NCBI RefSeq assembly: GCF_009914755.1
Contig: NC_060925.1
DNA: 64,000 nt
Origin: the human T2T-CHM13v2.0 reference genome, Homo sapiens
Strand: one strand, 5' to 3'
Shown here: piece by piece, positions 30,785 through 44,430 of the stretch
Layout: every line of letters begins with the position of its first letter
Position numbering within the stretch: the first letter of the stretch is position 1
Notes under the pieces: generated by a model
Told to the model about the DNA's origin: nothing
The model's database searches: none
Seen by the model: the letters and a program-made list of their open reading frames with translations, nothing else
Translations under genes and position numbers: made by a program

Positions 30785-31232
30785 TCTATTTGTCTGGGTT
30801 CTATCAGGAAACAAATGGCATGCTCAAAAGGAATTATTGGAGAACATTTGCTGAAGAGACAATTGCAAAAATGTGGGCAGGGGAAAGGAAATCCATGAGG
30901 GATAATGAAGCACCCGAAAGACAATGACAGCAGGAAGGGTCAGGGATTGGGGGAAGCAGTTAGCAGGACCAGGTGATGGCTGTGCCTTAGGTAAAGGATC
31001 CCAGCCAGTGCCAAGCCATAGCCCAGCAGGGAAGTGACCAGGGGAACAGATACCTGAATCTCTCCTTCTACCCTTTGATCTCCTTCCAGTGCTGTCGATT
31101 GGCCAAACCTGCACAAGGCAGAAGGCAAAGGAGCAGAGTTGATGTAGCCAAAGAAAGTCAGCATCGTAGGGCATGAAGCAGGTGGGGAAGGGTGAATAAT
31201 AGATCTATGGAGCCGACAGACTATAAACTGCA
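30785..31232 (-). mobile_element. LTR33-like ERVL LTR (5' LTR of proviral remnant)
   Basis: caggaaacaaatggcatgctcaaa...tgtgggcaggg...tgaagcaccc...attggccaaacc; collinear with 29173-29608. Confidence 0.65.
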
Positions 31233-32539
31233 TATTATTTAACTAAATAATTTCTACTAAAAGGTAAATGGGACTACCACCCAGCATGGCATTTGTATTT
31301 TAAAATAGCCAAACTCAAATTAATCTATAAATAGAAGTTATGGGGAAGTATTTTTGAGCGGCAAAGCCTAAAGCGAGTCCTATCTATTAATAGTAAGTTC
31401 CACTATAGAATGTTTACATCAACAACTAATAAAAATAAAGAGGTAGCACATCTATACAGAAATACGGGATGTCAGTTATTTTATCCTTTTAATGAGGGAA
31501 GAATCACATGGATTTATTCCTTCACTACCATGAACTAAAAGGGATTTCATTCCATCACAGTGATGATAGCACCAACTCAAAGGATGTAGCCATGAAGATA
31601 CCATAATTTTTCCATCATTTGACAAGGACTTTATAAATAAACATAGTGGTGGTAATCACATTCAGGATAAAATGCTGGTCTGGCAGTGCATGTAGGTTAC
31701 ATGAACACTTTTTCATCTCACCAGTAAGGTTACTCAGACACATGACACCATATTTTCCAATAACTACAGTGCACGTATAGGTCCAAAAAGTAGGTCTGAA
31801 AGTAAAGGAGCTGATATGCATGTTTCTGTCACTCATGTTCCATGTGCATAAAAAAATTGACAAACCAACCCAACAAAACCCACCAGCTCGGCCAAGTACA
31901 TGCTCAGGGAAAGGAGTTTCCTTCACAGTGGAGAATTTTCCAGTGAGGGACAGACACAACTGTAGAGGAAAGAGCATTTCAGTAAACAGGAGAGTCTTCC
32001 AGAGAAAACTCTGTGCAGAATAAATTCTTTTTCCTTCCTCAAACCACAGAGGCCTATAAATTCCTACCTCCAAAGTGTCTGGAAAGGTAGGATGTTACAG
32101 AGAGCAGTTGCTCTCTTAGTCCAAGTGAAGTTCAGGGAAGAATTACCCTTCCCAAGACTTCCACATGGCATATACATTTGGAACAATTTCAATGGTAAAG
32201 AAATAGAGTATTTAGACATGTAATGACTGAAGTCTGGATTATGGAGGTCAAACTAAACTCCTGCATTGTACATTTTTTAAAAATGTTAAGAAGAGTACAT
32301 GCTTATTATTCTAAAACTTCTAAGCAGTACAGAACCATATAAAGTGAAAACCAAAAGTTTTCTCCTTCTCCTCTTTCTCTCCCTCCTTCCTTCTCTTCCT
32401 TCCTCTCCCTTCCCTCTCTCTGGCGCTCTCTCTCTCTCTCTCTCATTTTTATTCTCTATATATCTATCTCCAGCTACTTACTCATACAGGAATATGGTTA
32501 CAGATACTCCTCTAAAACTTTAGAAGATCTGTTTTTAAG

Positions 32540-32779
32540 GCATGGTCATCAAAGTGGAGGGGAATACCAGATTTACCATGGCATGGAATACCATATGGGA
32601 ATTTCTATGTATTTTAACTAATCCTATTTTATAGCTACTTGGGAGTATGTTATGTGAGTTAGACAGTACTATACCATATGCATAAAAATTACTTATGTAC
32701 AAATATTCACATATTGAAGGTGCATGGATGAAACATTTTTCTGACCAAAGTGCCTGATTTAAAAATTTGGAGACCATTG
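32540..32779. mobile_element. Short hAT-Charlie-like DNA transposon relic
   Basis: Ends catggtcatcaaag and aaatttggagaccattg are approximately inverted and resemble hAT TIRs. Confidence 0.35.
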
Positions 32780-32839
32780 CTGTAAGAAACTGAAATGTAA
32801 ACATTTAAATAACATTAAGAGTATCCATCAGCTGATGTG

Positions 32840-33090
32840 TCAGCTAATAAAAGGAATATTTATAAGGTGCTTACAATGTTCCAGCTGTTCTCCTTGCATT
32901 ATGTCTTATGTACTATGCACAATGGCCCTATCAGGGAGGTACTATTATTTCCCCAACTTCTCAAAGAGAGAAACTGAAGCACAGTTTAGTGGATTGCCCA
33001 AAGCTACACAGCTGGAAAATGGTCCTCACAGGAAACAAACCCAGGTCTTTCAATCTAAAGATACAGTGCTCCTCACACTACTCCAGAAGT
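32840..33090 (-). mobile_element. MIR SINE
   Basis: ggtactattatttcccc...gagaaactgaagcacag...ttgcccaaagctacacagctgg. Confidence 0.7.
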
Positions 33091-33433
33091 GACTCTACCA
33101 TAGACTAAGGCAGAATTAAAAGGCAGCAACAGGAAGAGAGAAGATGGGAAGCCCCTGATTGACAAAAGAAGAAGGACAGAGTCAAGAAAGACATCCTATC
33201 CCAGGCACACCTGCCCTACCGATGGGGAGGTAGCAGTTAATACCAGGGTCCATGCTACAATTCTGCTGCGACTTTATAATGTAATTTCAATCTAAATATA
33301 ATCCCTCTGTGTGGCAGATTATATTTTCCAAAGACATTGGCACAATACATTTCATCCTGCATGCAGTTCCTACAAGGCATTGCTACTTCTTCCATAAAAA
33401 TGTGTAGTCCATCTTTTTTCCTCCTTATAAAAA

Positions 33434-33790
33434 ACTATGCAGCCATAAAAAAGAATGAGTTCATGTCCTTTGCAGGGACATAGATGAAGCTGGAAACCAT
33501 TATTCTCAGCAAACTAACACAGGAACAGAAAACCAAACACTGCATGTTCTCACTCATATGTGGGAGTGAGAACATATGGACACACGGAGGGGAACATCAC
33601 ACACCAGGGCCTGTCAGTGGGTGGGGGACAAGGGGAGGGAGAGCATTAGAACAAATACTTAATGCATGCAGGGCTTAAAACCTAGATGACGGGTTGATAG
33701 GTGCAGCAAACCAGCATGGCACATGAATACCTATATAAAAAACTTACACATTTTACACATGTATCCCAGAACTTAGTAAAAAAAAAAAAC
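33434..33790 (+). mobile_element. 5'-truncated L1PA8-like 3' end
   Basis: aatgcatgcagggcttaaaacctagatgacgggttgataggtgcagcaaacc plus A-tail. Confidence 0.85.
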
Positions 33791-33799
33791 TAAATAAAA

Positions 33800-34228
33800 A
33801 AACTTTTAAAACTAATCAATGAGTCCAGTAAAGTTGCAGGATACAAAATCAACATACAAAAATCAGCTTCATTTCTTTACACTAATAACAAGCTATCTGA
33901 AAAAGCAATCAAGGAGACAATCTCATAGTAAAATCAAAAAGAATAAAATACTTACGAATAAATTTAATGAAGAAGTGAAAGATCTGCACACTGAAAACTA
34001 TAAAACATTGATGAAAGAATTGAAGATGCCACAAATAAATGGAAAAATCTATGTTCATGGATTGGAAGAATTAATATTGTTAAAATGTGCATTCTACCCA
34101 AAGCAATATACAGATTCAGAGTGACTATGGGAGATGATGGATGTGCTAACTTGCTTGACTGCAGTAATCATTTTGCTATGGATATGTGTATCAAAGCATC
34201 ATGTTGTATACCTTAGGTGTATATAAGT
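33800..34228 (+). mobile_element. Older L1M ORF2 and 3' fragments
   Basis: Translation includes [21 protein letters not shown] (L1 ORF2-like), followed by an L1MA-type 3'UTR. Confidence 0.75.
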
Positions 34229-34254
34229 ACACACACACACACACACACACACAC
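34229..34254. repeat. (AC)13 microsatellite
   Basis: Read directly from the sequence. Confidence 0.95.
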
Positions 34255-37109
34255 TCAAAGGTGTTCATTTTCTCACCCCTCTTGAATCTGGAAGGCCTGT
34301 GACTATGGTGGAAGTGATGCTATGTGACTGCCAAATAGTTTATAAAAAGTGATACAGTTTCCACCTGGACCCCATAAAGTTCATTTCTGTTATGCAGGTG
34401 CCATGTTGTGAGGAAACCCAGATCACATTAAGAGGCCACGAGTAAGTGTTCCAAACGACAGACCCTGCTAAGGTCTCAGCTGACAGCCAGCATCAACTGC
34501 CAGACAAGTGAGTGAAGATAACTCTCACCCCAGCCATCATCTGACTGCAACACATAAGAGATCTTGGGCAAGAGCTGCCTGGCTGAGCACAGTCCATCCC
34601 CAAAACATGAGAGATAATAACGGAGTGATTGTTGTTCTGGGCCACTAGGTTTTGGGGTGATTTGTTGCACAGCAATAGATAAGGAGAACACCGTTGTGCC
34701 CCCTGTGGTCATGTAAGGACAATAAATCACCAGAAATAAAAAAGCCCTCCTAGTGGGTGGTCCTGAATATAACCACACTTTTCCTTCAGGTTTTCCCTTT
34801 TGGGTTGCTCTTTGGTCCTTGTGGATTCAGCTTCTGCTGAAGCCTGGGAGACCCTCTATCCCATAGCTTCCTTCTCCCTTTCTCTTTCTTTTCTATCCTC
34901 TGTCCTTCCTACTCAGTGGAACATGTTCCTGGCTCCATCTGGGAAGGTCCCAGTAGATCCACATATGTGGGGGTTCTACCTGGAGTGCATGGTGGAATTA
35001 AGCTGAGGCCTTTGGTATTTTTCAAGTAGTCTCTAGAAGACAAATAAACCTCTCTTATTTAACATGGATTGCCTCTCATCCCATAATACAGATCTCCCTT
35101 CCTTCCTACCAGACATGAGGAAAAAGCCCTTCCAGTCACAAATAGAGTAACTGTTAGTAAACATATATAACCTGTCTCTTGTTCAGGGTCTATTCTTTTC
35201 CCCAGACTAACTCCTCCAGCTAGTCTCTCAGATTGACCTTAGACACTGCCTCCTGAAGGAAAGCTTCCCTGACTCACTCCCCGACCCCTGAGGATGTGGC
35301 TGTGGCTGCGGCTGCAGCTGCAGCTGTGGTAGGTTTCCAGCCTAGGTTCCACCAACATCCTAAAAACCCTCCACTTGAATTATATTGCAGTTGCCTGTTG
35401 CTGTCTCTTTCCCTCATGACTGTAAGCCCTTTGAGGGCAGGGATGTGTTTCAGTTATTCGTTATTGTATCATCCAGTACCAGGCAGTCCCTGATACTAAG
35501 ACTTTTCTGATAAAAGAATAAATTTTAGAAATCCCAATGCCATTCCCTCTCCTTCAGATCAAGTGAATATCTACACCATTTTTAATGACCTCTGAAAGGC
35601 ATCCTAGTAGTTTGCCTGGTATGTACTTCTGATACTCTGATGCATAATTGTAGAATTCAACCAGTCAAAAGTTCACCAAGACAAAAATACCCACTGTAGA
35701 GTGATGGACGTCTTATCACTTCTTAAAGCACTGCTTCCCATTTTTTTGAACATCTCAGTTTGCTGGAAAGGCCTTTTACACGTTCAGAATGGGTCTGTCT
35801 TCTTGTCATTCACACTGTATTGGCCCCAATTCTGTTGGTCTTTAAAACAACCTAGATTTAATCTTAGTCTTTATATTCTACTCTGTAAAACACTCCCTTC
35901 ATTAAAACAGAAATTCTCTCACAAAAGGATAATGCATTAAGTTGGTCAATATTTGGCTAAAAATTGCTGATCAAGGCAGGCATGTTTTAAAGAGGAATTA
36001 GTGTGCTCTGTGGAAGAAGGATTAATTTGGAGTATAGGGTGGATGGAGAGGGAGCCTCAAAGCTCAGAAAAGCAGGAGCCTATGAGCATCTGGAATTCTC
36101 TAATGGGATAAGGAGTCCCAGGAGAGCGATATGGTCAAATACCAAACCCAGGATTTATCTATTTAACCACATCACTAATGGACTGCCCGGGCTGTGGGAG
36201 GTTGACCAGCAGGCCCACCTGTTTTGAGAAGCCCACCCCTCAGGCTCTGTGACTGAGCCTGGAGCACACATACAAGGGTCTGTGAAATAAGGCTCCTGAC
36301 ACAGCCAGCCTCCTGGTGTTCTGGGGAATTCCAGCTATTTTGGGGCAGGGGCTGTAGGCATTGTGTTATCTGGAGGTATTTCTGATAAATATCCAAGATT
36401 AGTGTCTTTGTTCAGGAGCGGGTAGGAATAGGGAGAAGTCCTAGTTGTCTTGATCACCCTGGAATTACCAACCCCTAGCTCAATGTTTAGAAAGAAACCC
36501 AGTTCCTGGCATCCTGAGCATTGAATATGCTCCAGGGAGCCAATCCAATCTCGAGTGCAGGAAAATCTTACCAGGACAATTTCAAAAGCTTATAATTGAT
36601 ATCACTTGGGTGGCTCTGAGAAACAACAGTTTTGTAAGAGATAAAGTCTTTTTTGGAATATATTATTCAAAAACTAAACCCCAGCATTTCTGTGGTTTGT
36701 ATATTTCATTTTGTGGAGGTATTTCTCCTCTTCCAGGCCATGTGAAGACTTGAAAAGAAGAGAAAATATATAGAATAAGAATCAGTTCTAAACTACTCAT
36801 TGATTTACTAAGGAGAAATGTGAGTGATTTAAGTCCCTGGGGTTGGAAGGTCTCCTTCTCCTTGTGCTGAGAAAAGCAAGTATCACTTGTTTTCCACCTC
36901 CCACCTCCCATTGGTGCTGGTAAATTTCCCAGAGAATGAGGAACAGCTGCTTCCCAAGTCAGGGTCCTTGAAAAGGCCTCAGTCATCAGCTATGGAATCA
37001 GCTGTTTGTTTCCTTCCTCCAACTAGGAAGACACTAGAAAACACAGAAATTTAAATATCCTTTGTCTAAGGACAAGAGTGGGAAAATGTGATTCTTCTTG
37101 GTATCTTTT

Positions 37110-37174
37110 TAAGTCTTTTTCTTTTTTTCTTTTCTTTTTTTTTTGAGATGGAGTTTCGCTCTTGTTGCCCAGGC
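37110..37174 (-). mobile_element. Very short Alu 3' fragment (Sq/Sp-like)
   Basis: T-rich tail plus gagatggagtttcgctcttgttgcccaggc only. Confidence 0.75.
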
Positions 37175-37249
37175 AGGCACTCCGTGGTAATTTTCTTCTT
37201 ACCTTGCTGTCTTCCCTTTGGCTTACTCATTTCTCACTGCATGTTTCTT

Positions 37250-38442
<1,193 letters not shown>

Positions 38443-38822
38443 TGTTTCTTTTTAAGTCTTGCCTTCTCCTCCAATGCTGGACACTGAATAGGCGCTCTGC
38501 AAAAACTGGTTTTCATAAAATCTTGATACTAATTTAACAGACTATTGTAATGAAAAAAGGAAAATCTATAGGCTACTCCTGGGCAATACAGATTCTAGTT
38601 ATCCTTATGTAGTAGAATCAGCCCTAAGCCAGTGTTGACTTGCCTAGAATTTCAGAAGTGGGCTGTCATTCCATGAAGACCACCCATTCAGTCTGGCGTT
38701 AAAGCTCTTTAGTGCTGTTGAGAATCAATCCCTGACAGAGAAAGGCCAATTCCCTGAATGAGAAAAGAAAGGGCCATATCAGGCTGAGAGTAGAAAAGAA
38801 TATCTTCCCATAAGCCCATTCC

Positions 38823-38868
38823 TAAGGATAGGGTGAGGCTACCCTTAAGGATAGGGTAAGGCTACCCT
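38823..38868. repeat. 23-bp tandem duplication
   Basis: taaggatagggt(g/a)aggctaccct repeated twice. Confidence 0.9.
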
Positions 38869-39038
38869 TTAGTGCTTAATCAAAGAGCAGTGAATGCCAA
38901 ATAAAGGGAGATTATCTGTTCAAGAAAAGCCACGATGTTGTAGAGCACACAAAATAGTGGCAAATCACTGAATGGTTCACACATGGGTCCATCATTTAGG
39001 AATATTAGAGAAATGAAAAGTGGAGTACCTCCACTGGG

Positions 39039-39094
39039 GTGTGTGTGTGTGTGTGTGTGTATGTCATGTGTGTGTATGTGTGCACGTGTGTGTA
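39039..39094. repeat. (GT)n microsatellite, perfect then degenerate
   Basis: Read directly from the sequence. Confidence 0.9.
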
Positions 39095-39699
39095 TAACTT
39101 TCAGGGTGGCATATTTTCTCTTCTCTTTCCTGCTCTTTCTACCTCTTTCTCAGAATTCTTGGGAATATATATAATACAGGAGCAAGCTCTTTAATGCTTT
39201 TGCCACAGAGACAATGAATCCTGCCTGACTCCAAAGGAAGGATGGGTGTTGCCTTCTTTCTTTCCTCTCTCTTATCTTTTTCCTTTGCGACCATAGGGTA
39301 ATTTCTTGTCCGTGCCGAGTTTTATTTTCTCTAGTTAGATTGTTAAAACATTCAGGTTCACGTTCACTCAGTCTTTCAACTCCACCCATTTTTGTTGATG
39401 TATCTCTGACCCACACTCCTATTAGAGGAATAAGGCTTGTCATTAATAATTCCTCATCTGCTAATTCTTTAAAGAAACTAGAAAGAGGAGGATGTGTAAT
39501 TCGTATTTATTTCTGTATTATATGAAAGAATCCTAATTCTGGGTACTTCAGGTATTTAAGTGGTACTTGTTGGCTTATTAACAGGGAATGCTTTGCGTAA
39601 AACTGGAACCAAGAGATAAAAACGTGTCATCAGAAACCTCTGTGTCCACTTCTCAATTTCTCTTATATCCACTTTGTTTTATTTTATATGCAGTCTATA

Positions 39700-40020
39700 C
39701 TGCATATCAGGGTTTGTGGTTGCAAAAATCAGAAGCTAAATCTGGCTAAGTGAAACAGAAAGGGTTTGGATGAGAAGAATCCTGAGTAGTATACAGAATT
39801 GAGGGGAAAGGCAGAGAAGCAGTTTTGGAAAGAAAGCAGCCAGTAAAGGAGGCTGAGAAGCATAGTGCACAGGCAAGAGCAGCTACAGGAAGAGACTCCA
39901 TCACCATGAGACCATTGACTGCCAGGCATTTGGCACACAGCCGCTGAACTCAACTCTGCTGTTGCCAGAGTACGTGACTTCTCACCATCCCTGAACCTTT
40001 GCATCGCTCTCTCCAGATAC
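39700..40020 (-). mobile_element. Old MLT1-type LTR
   Basis: tcagggtttgtggttgcaa...cagaagc...tctggctaag start typical of reversed old MLT1. Confidence 0.5.
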
Positions 40021-40299
40021 ATGTGATAAAATATATTCTAACTCCACACTCAGGAACTAGGTAAACAGCCATAAAGAATGTCTGCAGTTACTACTGAGAT
40101 GCATCTGTTTGAGGCTCACTTTTTACTTTACGCCCATGAACCTCACTCTGACCAGTGGATGACAGTGGCATTCTGGGTCCTCGGGAATAAATGTTCACAG
40201 CCAGGTTCCAAATATCCCTCCTCCCCAAGAAGTATCATACAGTTGCCCTGGTATACATTCATGAATGCCTTTGGGGACTGCTTGGAGATAGAGTCACAG

Positions 40300-40800
40300 C
40301 GTGCACTTCAGTAAAGATTTCTAGGTTGCCCATCATTCAGAATGCTCTGGGATTTGTGAACTGATTCAGGTCTGGGAAATGGGAGAGTCATCCTTGTTCA
40401 AGTAAGGGCTTTTTTTCTATAGAACTGGAAGGTTTTAGTTAAACAAATCAAATTGAGATTTAGTTGCTGTCCATGTATTTCAGTTCAGGGACCCCGTGAT
40501 CAATTAACCACTATGGTTCAAATCTTCAATTATTCCCACTGGACCTGCTGCCTATTATGGTAGCCACATTCACTTTGTTTCTGCTGGTTAAATGCTATTA
40601 TTTGACTTTATGACATCCCAGGATCCTGATATTATGGAAGCCAAGACAATTTTGGCATTCCTCACCCCACCACTGGCTATCGCGAGGTTGCAGAGTGCAG
40701 CCACTAGAGTGCTGTTCAGAGATGTTGGCAAGAGCAACCCTCACCAATGTATTGGGTGGGCTTGGTGATATCTGGACCTTCTTGGGGAATATAATTCAAG
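40300..40800 (-). mobile_element. ERVL-class internal gag remnant
   Basis: Minus-strand translation gives WLIDHGVP (40510-40487) with nearby EIHGQ and NTLVR, matching ERVL gag motifs. Confidence 0.6.
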
Positions 40801-41002
40801 GGTGGGTGTATAGGTTCCCAGTCTAAATCTACTCCAGTATTCCTAATCCCTTAAATCTTTGTTTTTTTGTCCTATACATGATTCAGAGGAAGCTTTGGCA
40901 TATACATATTGTTTTGTTTATGCTGTCATTTCCTAAAGCATTGACCTTGTCTGTATAGTGGAGGCCATATCAGAGCCATATGGGCATTTCAAACCAGAGT
41001 AA

Positions 41003-41362
<360 letters not shown>

Positions 41363-41910
41363 TAGATGCGTGTCTTACTTTTGCTCATATCCTAAACTTT
41401 TTCACATAGTTATTCATATATAGCTGCAAAGAGACCAGGAAATGTGGTTTATATCTGTGTGGTCACATATTTGGGAAGAAGGAAAAAAAAGATTTTGAAT
41501 AACAACTACCAGTCTGCCAAACAAACTTAAGCAAGAAAACATTTATAGAAGGATATCGAGTAGTTTACAGGATTATTAGAATGCTTCAGAGGTAGGAATA
41601 TAAAACAGGCAATACCCAAGGGTTTCTAGATAGCTGTGAATACAACAAAGTTCATGCCCCAGAAATGGTCTAGTTAAGATGCTACTGCAGATGAATACTT
41701 GTTTCAAGTATGTCTGGAAGTGCCATAACTGAACATTTCCTGCTGTCATTGGATTTTTCACTCCAGCATTTTTGTGTAGTTAATCACTATTTTTGCAGTT
41801 TTACATCACAACCTTAATATCTGAAATAGTGGGTAGGAGAGTCACATTGACAAGACTCAGTCTGACTGAGTCACAGCTTTCAGGAGTAGGGAGAAAGAAT
41901 GTTTTATCTT

Positions 41911-42213
41911 AGCTGGGCACGATGGCTCACACCTGTAATCCCAGCACTTTGGGAGGCTGAGATGGGTGGATCACGAGATCAGGAGTTCAAGACCAGCCTA
42001 GCCAAGATGGTGAAATCCTGTCTCTACTAAAAATACAAAAATTAGCCCAGCATGGTGGCAGGTGCCTGTAATCCCAGCTACTCAGGAGGCTGAGGCAGAG
42101 AGTTGCTTGAACCTGGGAGGTGGAGGGTGCAGTGAGCCGAGATCACACCACTGCGCTCCAGCTGGTGACAGAGCGAGACTCCGTTTCAAAAAAAAAAAGA
42201 AAGAAAGAAAAAA
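41911..42213 (+). mobile_element. AluS
   Basis: Full Alu; TSD-like aatgtt(t)tatct / aatgtttgatct. Confidence 0.92.
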
Positions 42214-42849
42214 AATGTTTGATCTCTTTTATTATTAGAGTGAGTGTCAGGACCCTGCCTCCTGCTAAAGGCTACAGAGTAGAGATCTCAAATTGGAAGA
42301 GGGTTTGGATATTGAGTAGCCCAAGAAAGACAAACCCCTATTTTATAGACTGTGTCTTTTTAGATAGCAAGCTGTCTGTCAAGAGATCCAGCTCATATCT
42401 TCCCAGCCAGCGACCTCAACAGAAAGAGAATGTCTCTCTACCATTACCTATGTGTTAAGCTCAGGGAAGATGCTGATGGACATGGTTTGGATGCTCCTTT
42501 CTGTACTCATCACTGAGGTCTAAGAGTGGAGTATTTTGATTGACTCCTTCTACGCAAACATGCCCACATTTGTGACTAGGAGTGCTTAGGAAAGCGCTGA
42601 AATTGAAAGCTATTCATAATCCGTGAAGTGGGGAGAGGGAGGTTGTCCCAAGGAAGATGCACTGGAAGACAAAACTACAAAGTTCATTTTAGAGTTCTCA
42701 TAATCATCTGGTTTATCTCTTGACTACCATTTAAAAAAAAGCTTATAATATCTTCCTTTCTCAGTTACCTGAATATCACCATAAACCCTCAGATTTCATT
42801 ACTAATGAAACTTTGGTTTCATCAGGTAGCTCTTTAAATCTGTGGTAAG

Positions 42850-44430
42850 GCTTCACCCATGAGGGACTAACTATGGGATTAGCCCTCTGGCCATAAACAA
42901 CACTAAAACTGCAAAATATATGAGGCAACATTTTTTTAGGCATTTGACCATAGACTGCACAAAACTGCAATAATACTTGAGAGAAGGAAAACTCAAGAGA
43001 TGAGCCCCACAATCACTGTATTTGTTGGCCTGGGGACAACTTTAGACTTTGGAGATGCTGAACTGATTGGGATCTTTAGAGCAAGGCAGGGCACCAGAGA
43101 GGAAAGAGCTAAACGGAAAGGAGACTCAAAAATCTGGGTAGGGGTTCTTCATGAATCCTTGGCTAAGGTCTAGACTGTGCATGTTTAGAATGAGTCCATA
43201 CTAGGTTTACAGGAGAGTGGCTACCATGGGGATTGAGAGGAGAAAGGGGTATCAGAGATGGAGTAGTGTTGGACGATACTAGAGTGCTGGCTTAACTAGA
43301 GTGCAGAGCCCTTGTTAATACCCTGGGTACCCAGATGAGACACCAAAAAGGACCTGCTTTAGGAGGAAGGACCACTCTAAAGCAAGACCTACAATAGACC
43401 CACCCCAACAAACCCTAAAAATGAGACTTAATGAGATCTGTGAGGCTTCAGAGTTTGGAAGCTGACTCAACCCAGGTTAGAGAGTCTAAGAAAACACTTT
43501 GCACTTTGCACATGTCTGCCATAACAAACCATAAAACTAATACATAGGTTCAAGGTGCTAAGCCAGTAATTAAACTACCTCCTAGAACAAAAGTCAACAC
43601 TCTTCAGAGGAAGGTCATAGAATCAAAATAATCTACAATATGTCACCAAAAATGTCCAATATGTTGTAAAAAATTGCCAAAAATAAAAAGAAATACAAAA
43701 ATGTAAGCCATAATTGAGAAAAAAATGGCCCAAAAGATTTAAAGCAGCAATTATACATATTTTCAAAGATTTAGAATAAAATATGGTCTTAATGAGAGAT
43801 CATATAGGGAATCTCAATGGAGATATGAAAACTCTATTGTTTTTTTAAAAAAAGAATGAGATAAAAATTCTGGGACTAAAATATAAAATAACTGAAATGA
43901 AAATTCACTGATAAGGATTCATAGCAGAGTAGATTACAGAATAAATTATCAGGGAACTTGAAGACAGATTTAGAGAAATTATAAAATATTAAGAACATGC
44001 GTAATTGAAATCCTAAAAAAGAAAGGAAAGTGAGAAAAATGGAGAAAAAAATTCATAAAAACAATGGCCCCAATTTTCTCAGGTTTGATGATTTATATTG
44101 ACTTACAGGGCTAAAAGCATAATGAATTTCAAGCAGAGTAAACACAAAGAAAATCACAAGTGATGCGCCATACTCAGACTACTTGGTATGGCATGTGAAA
44201 AGCCAAAGCTAATTAATAGTGTTAAATAGTCCAGTGCTTCCCTAGGGTGAGAGTGGTGGGAGGAGATTGGAGAAAGGGACAGAAAAGTTTTGGAATGGTA
44301 GAAATATTGTATGCATTGATGTGAGGGTGGTTAAATGAGTGTATGCATTTGTCAAAACTCATCACACTTCACTTAAAATTTGTACCTTTTGTTATATGTA
44401 AATTATTTCTAAATAATGTTGACTTACAAA
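42850..44430 (+). mobile_element. Ancient L1M 5'/ORF1 and 3' fragments
   Basis: A-rich strand bias with L1M-like motifs (aactgaaatgaaaattcactg, gaacttgaagacaga, catttgtcaaaactcatc). Confidence 0.55.

Larger units (their letters stand above)
33310..34690 (+). mobile_element. MLT1G-like LTR split by L1 insertions (pieces 33310-33427 and 34255-34690)
   Basis: Start tgtggcagattatattttccaaaga; continuation cccctcttgaatctgg ... ttgttgcacagcaatagataaggagaaca. Confidence 0.75.

Noticed and set aside
35296-35493. Poly-alanine protein (MAVAAAAAAAVV...)
   Set aside because: It is a short (GCTGYR)n repeat next to an L2 3' end, with a GTG start and no coding context.
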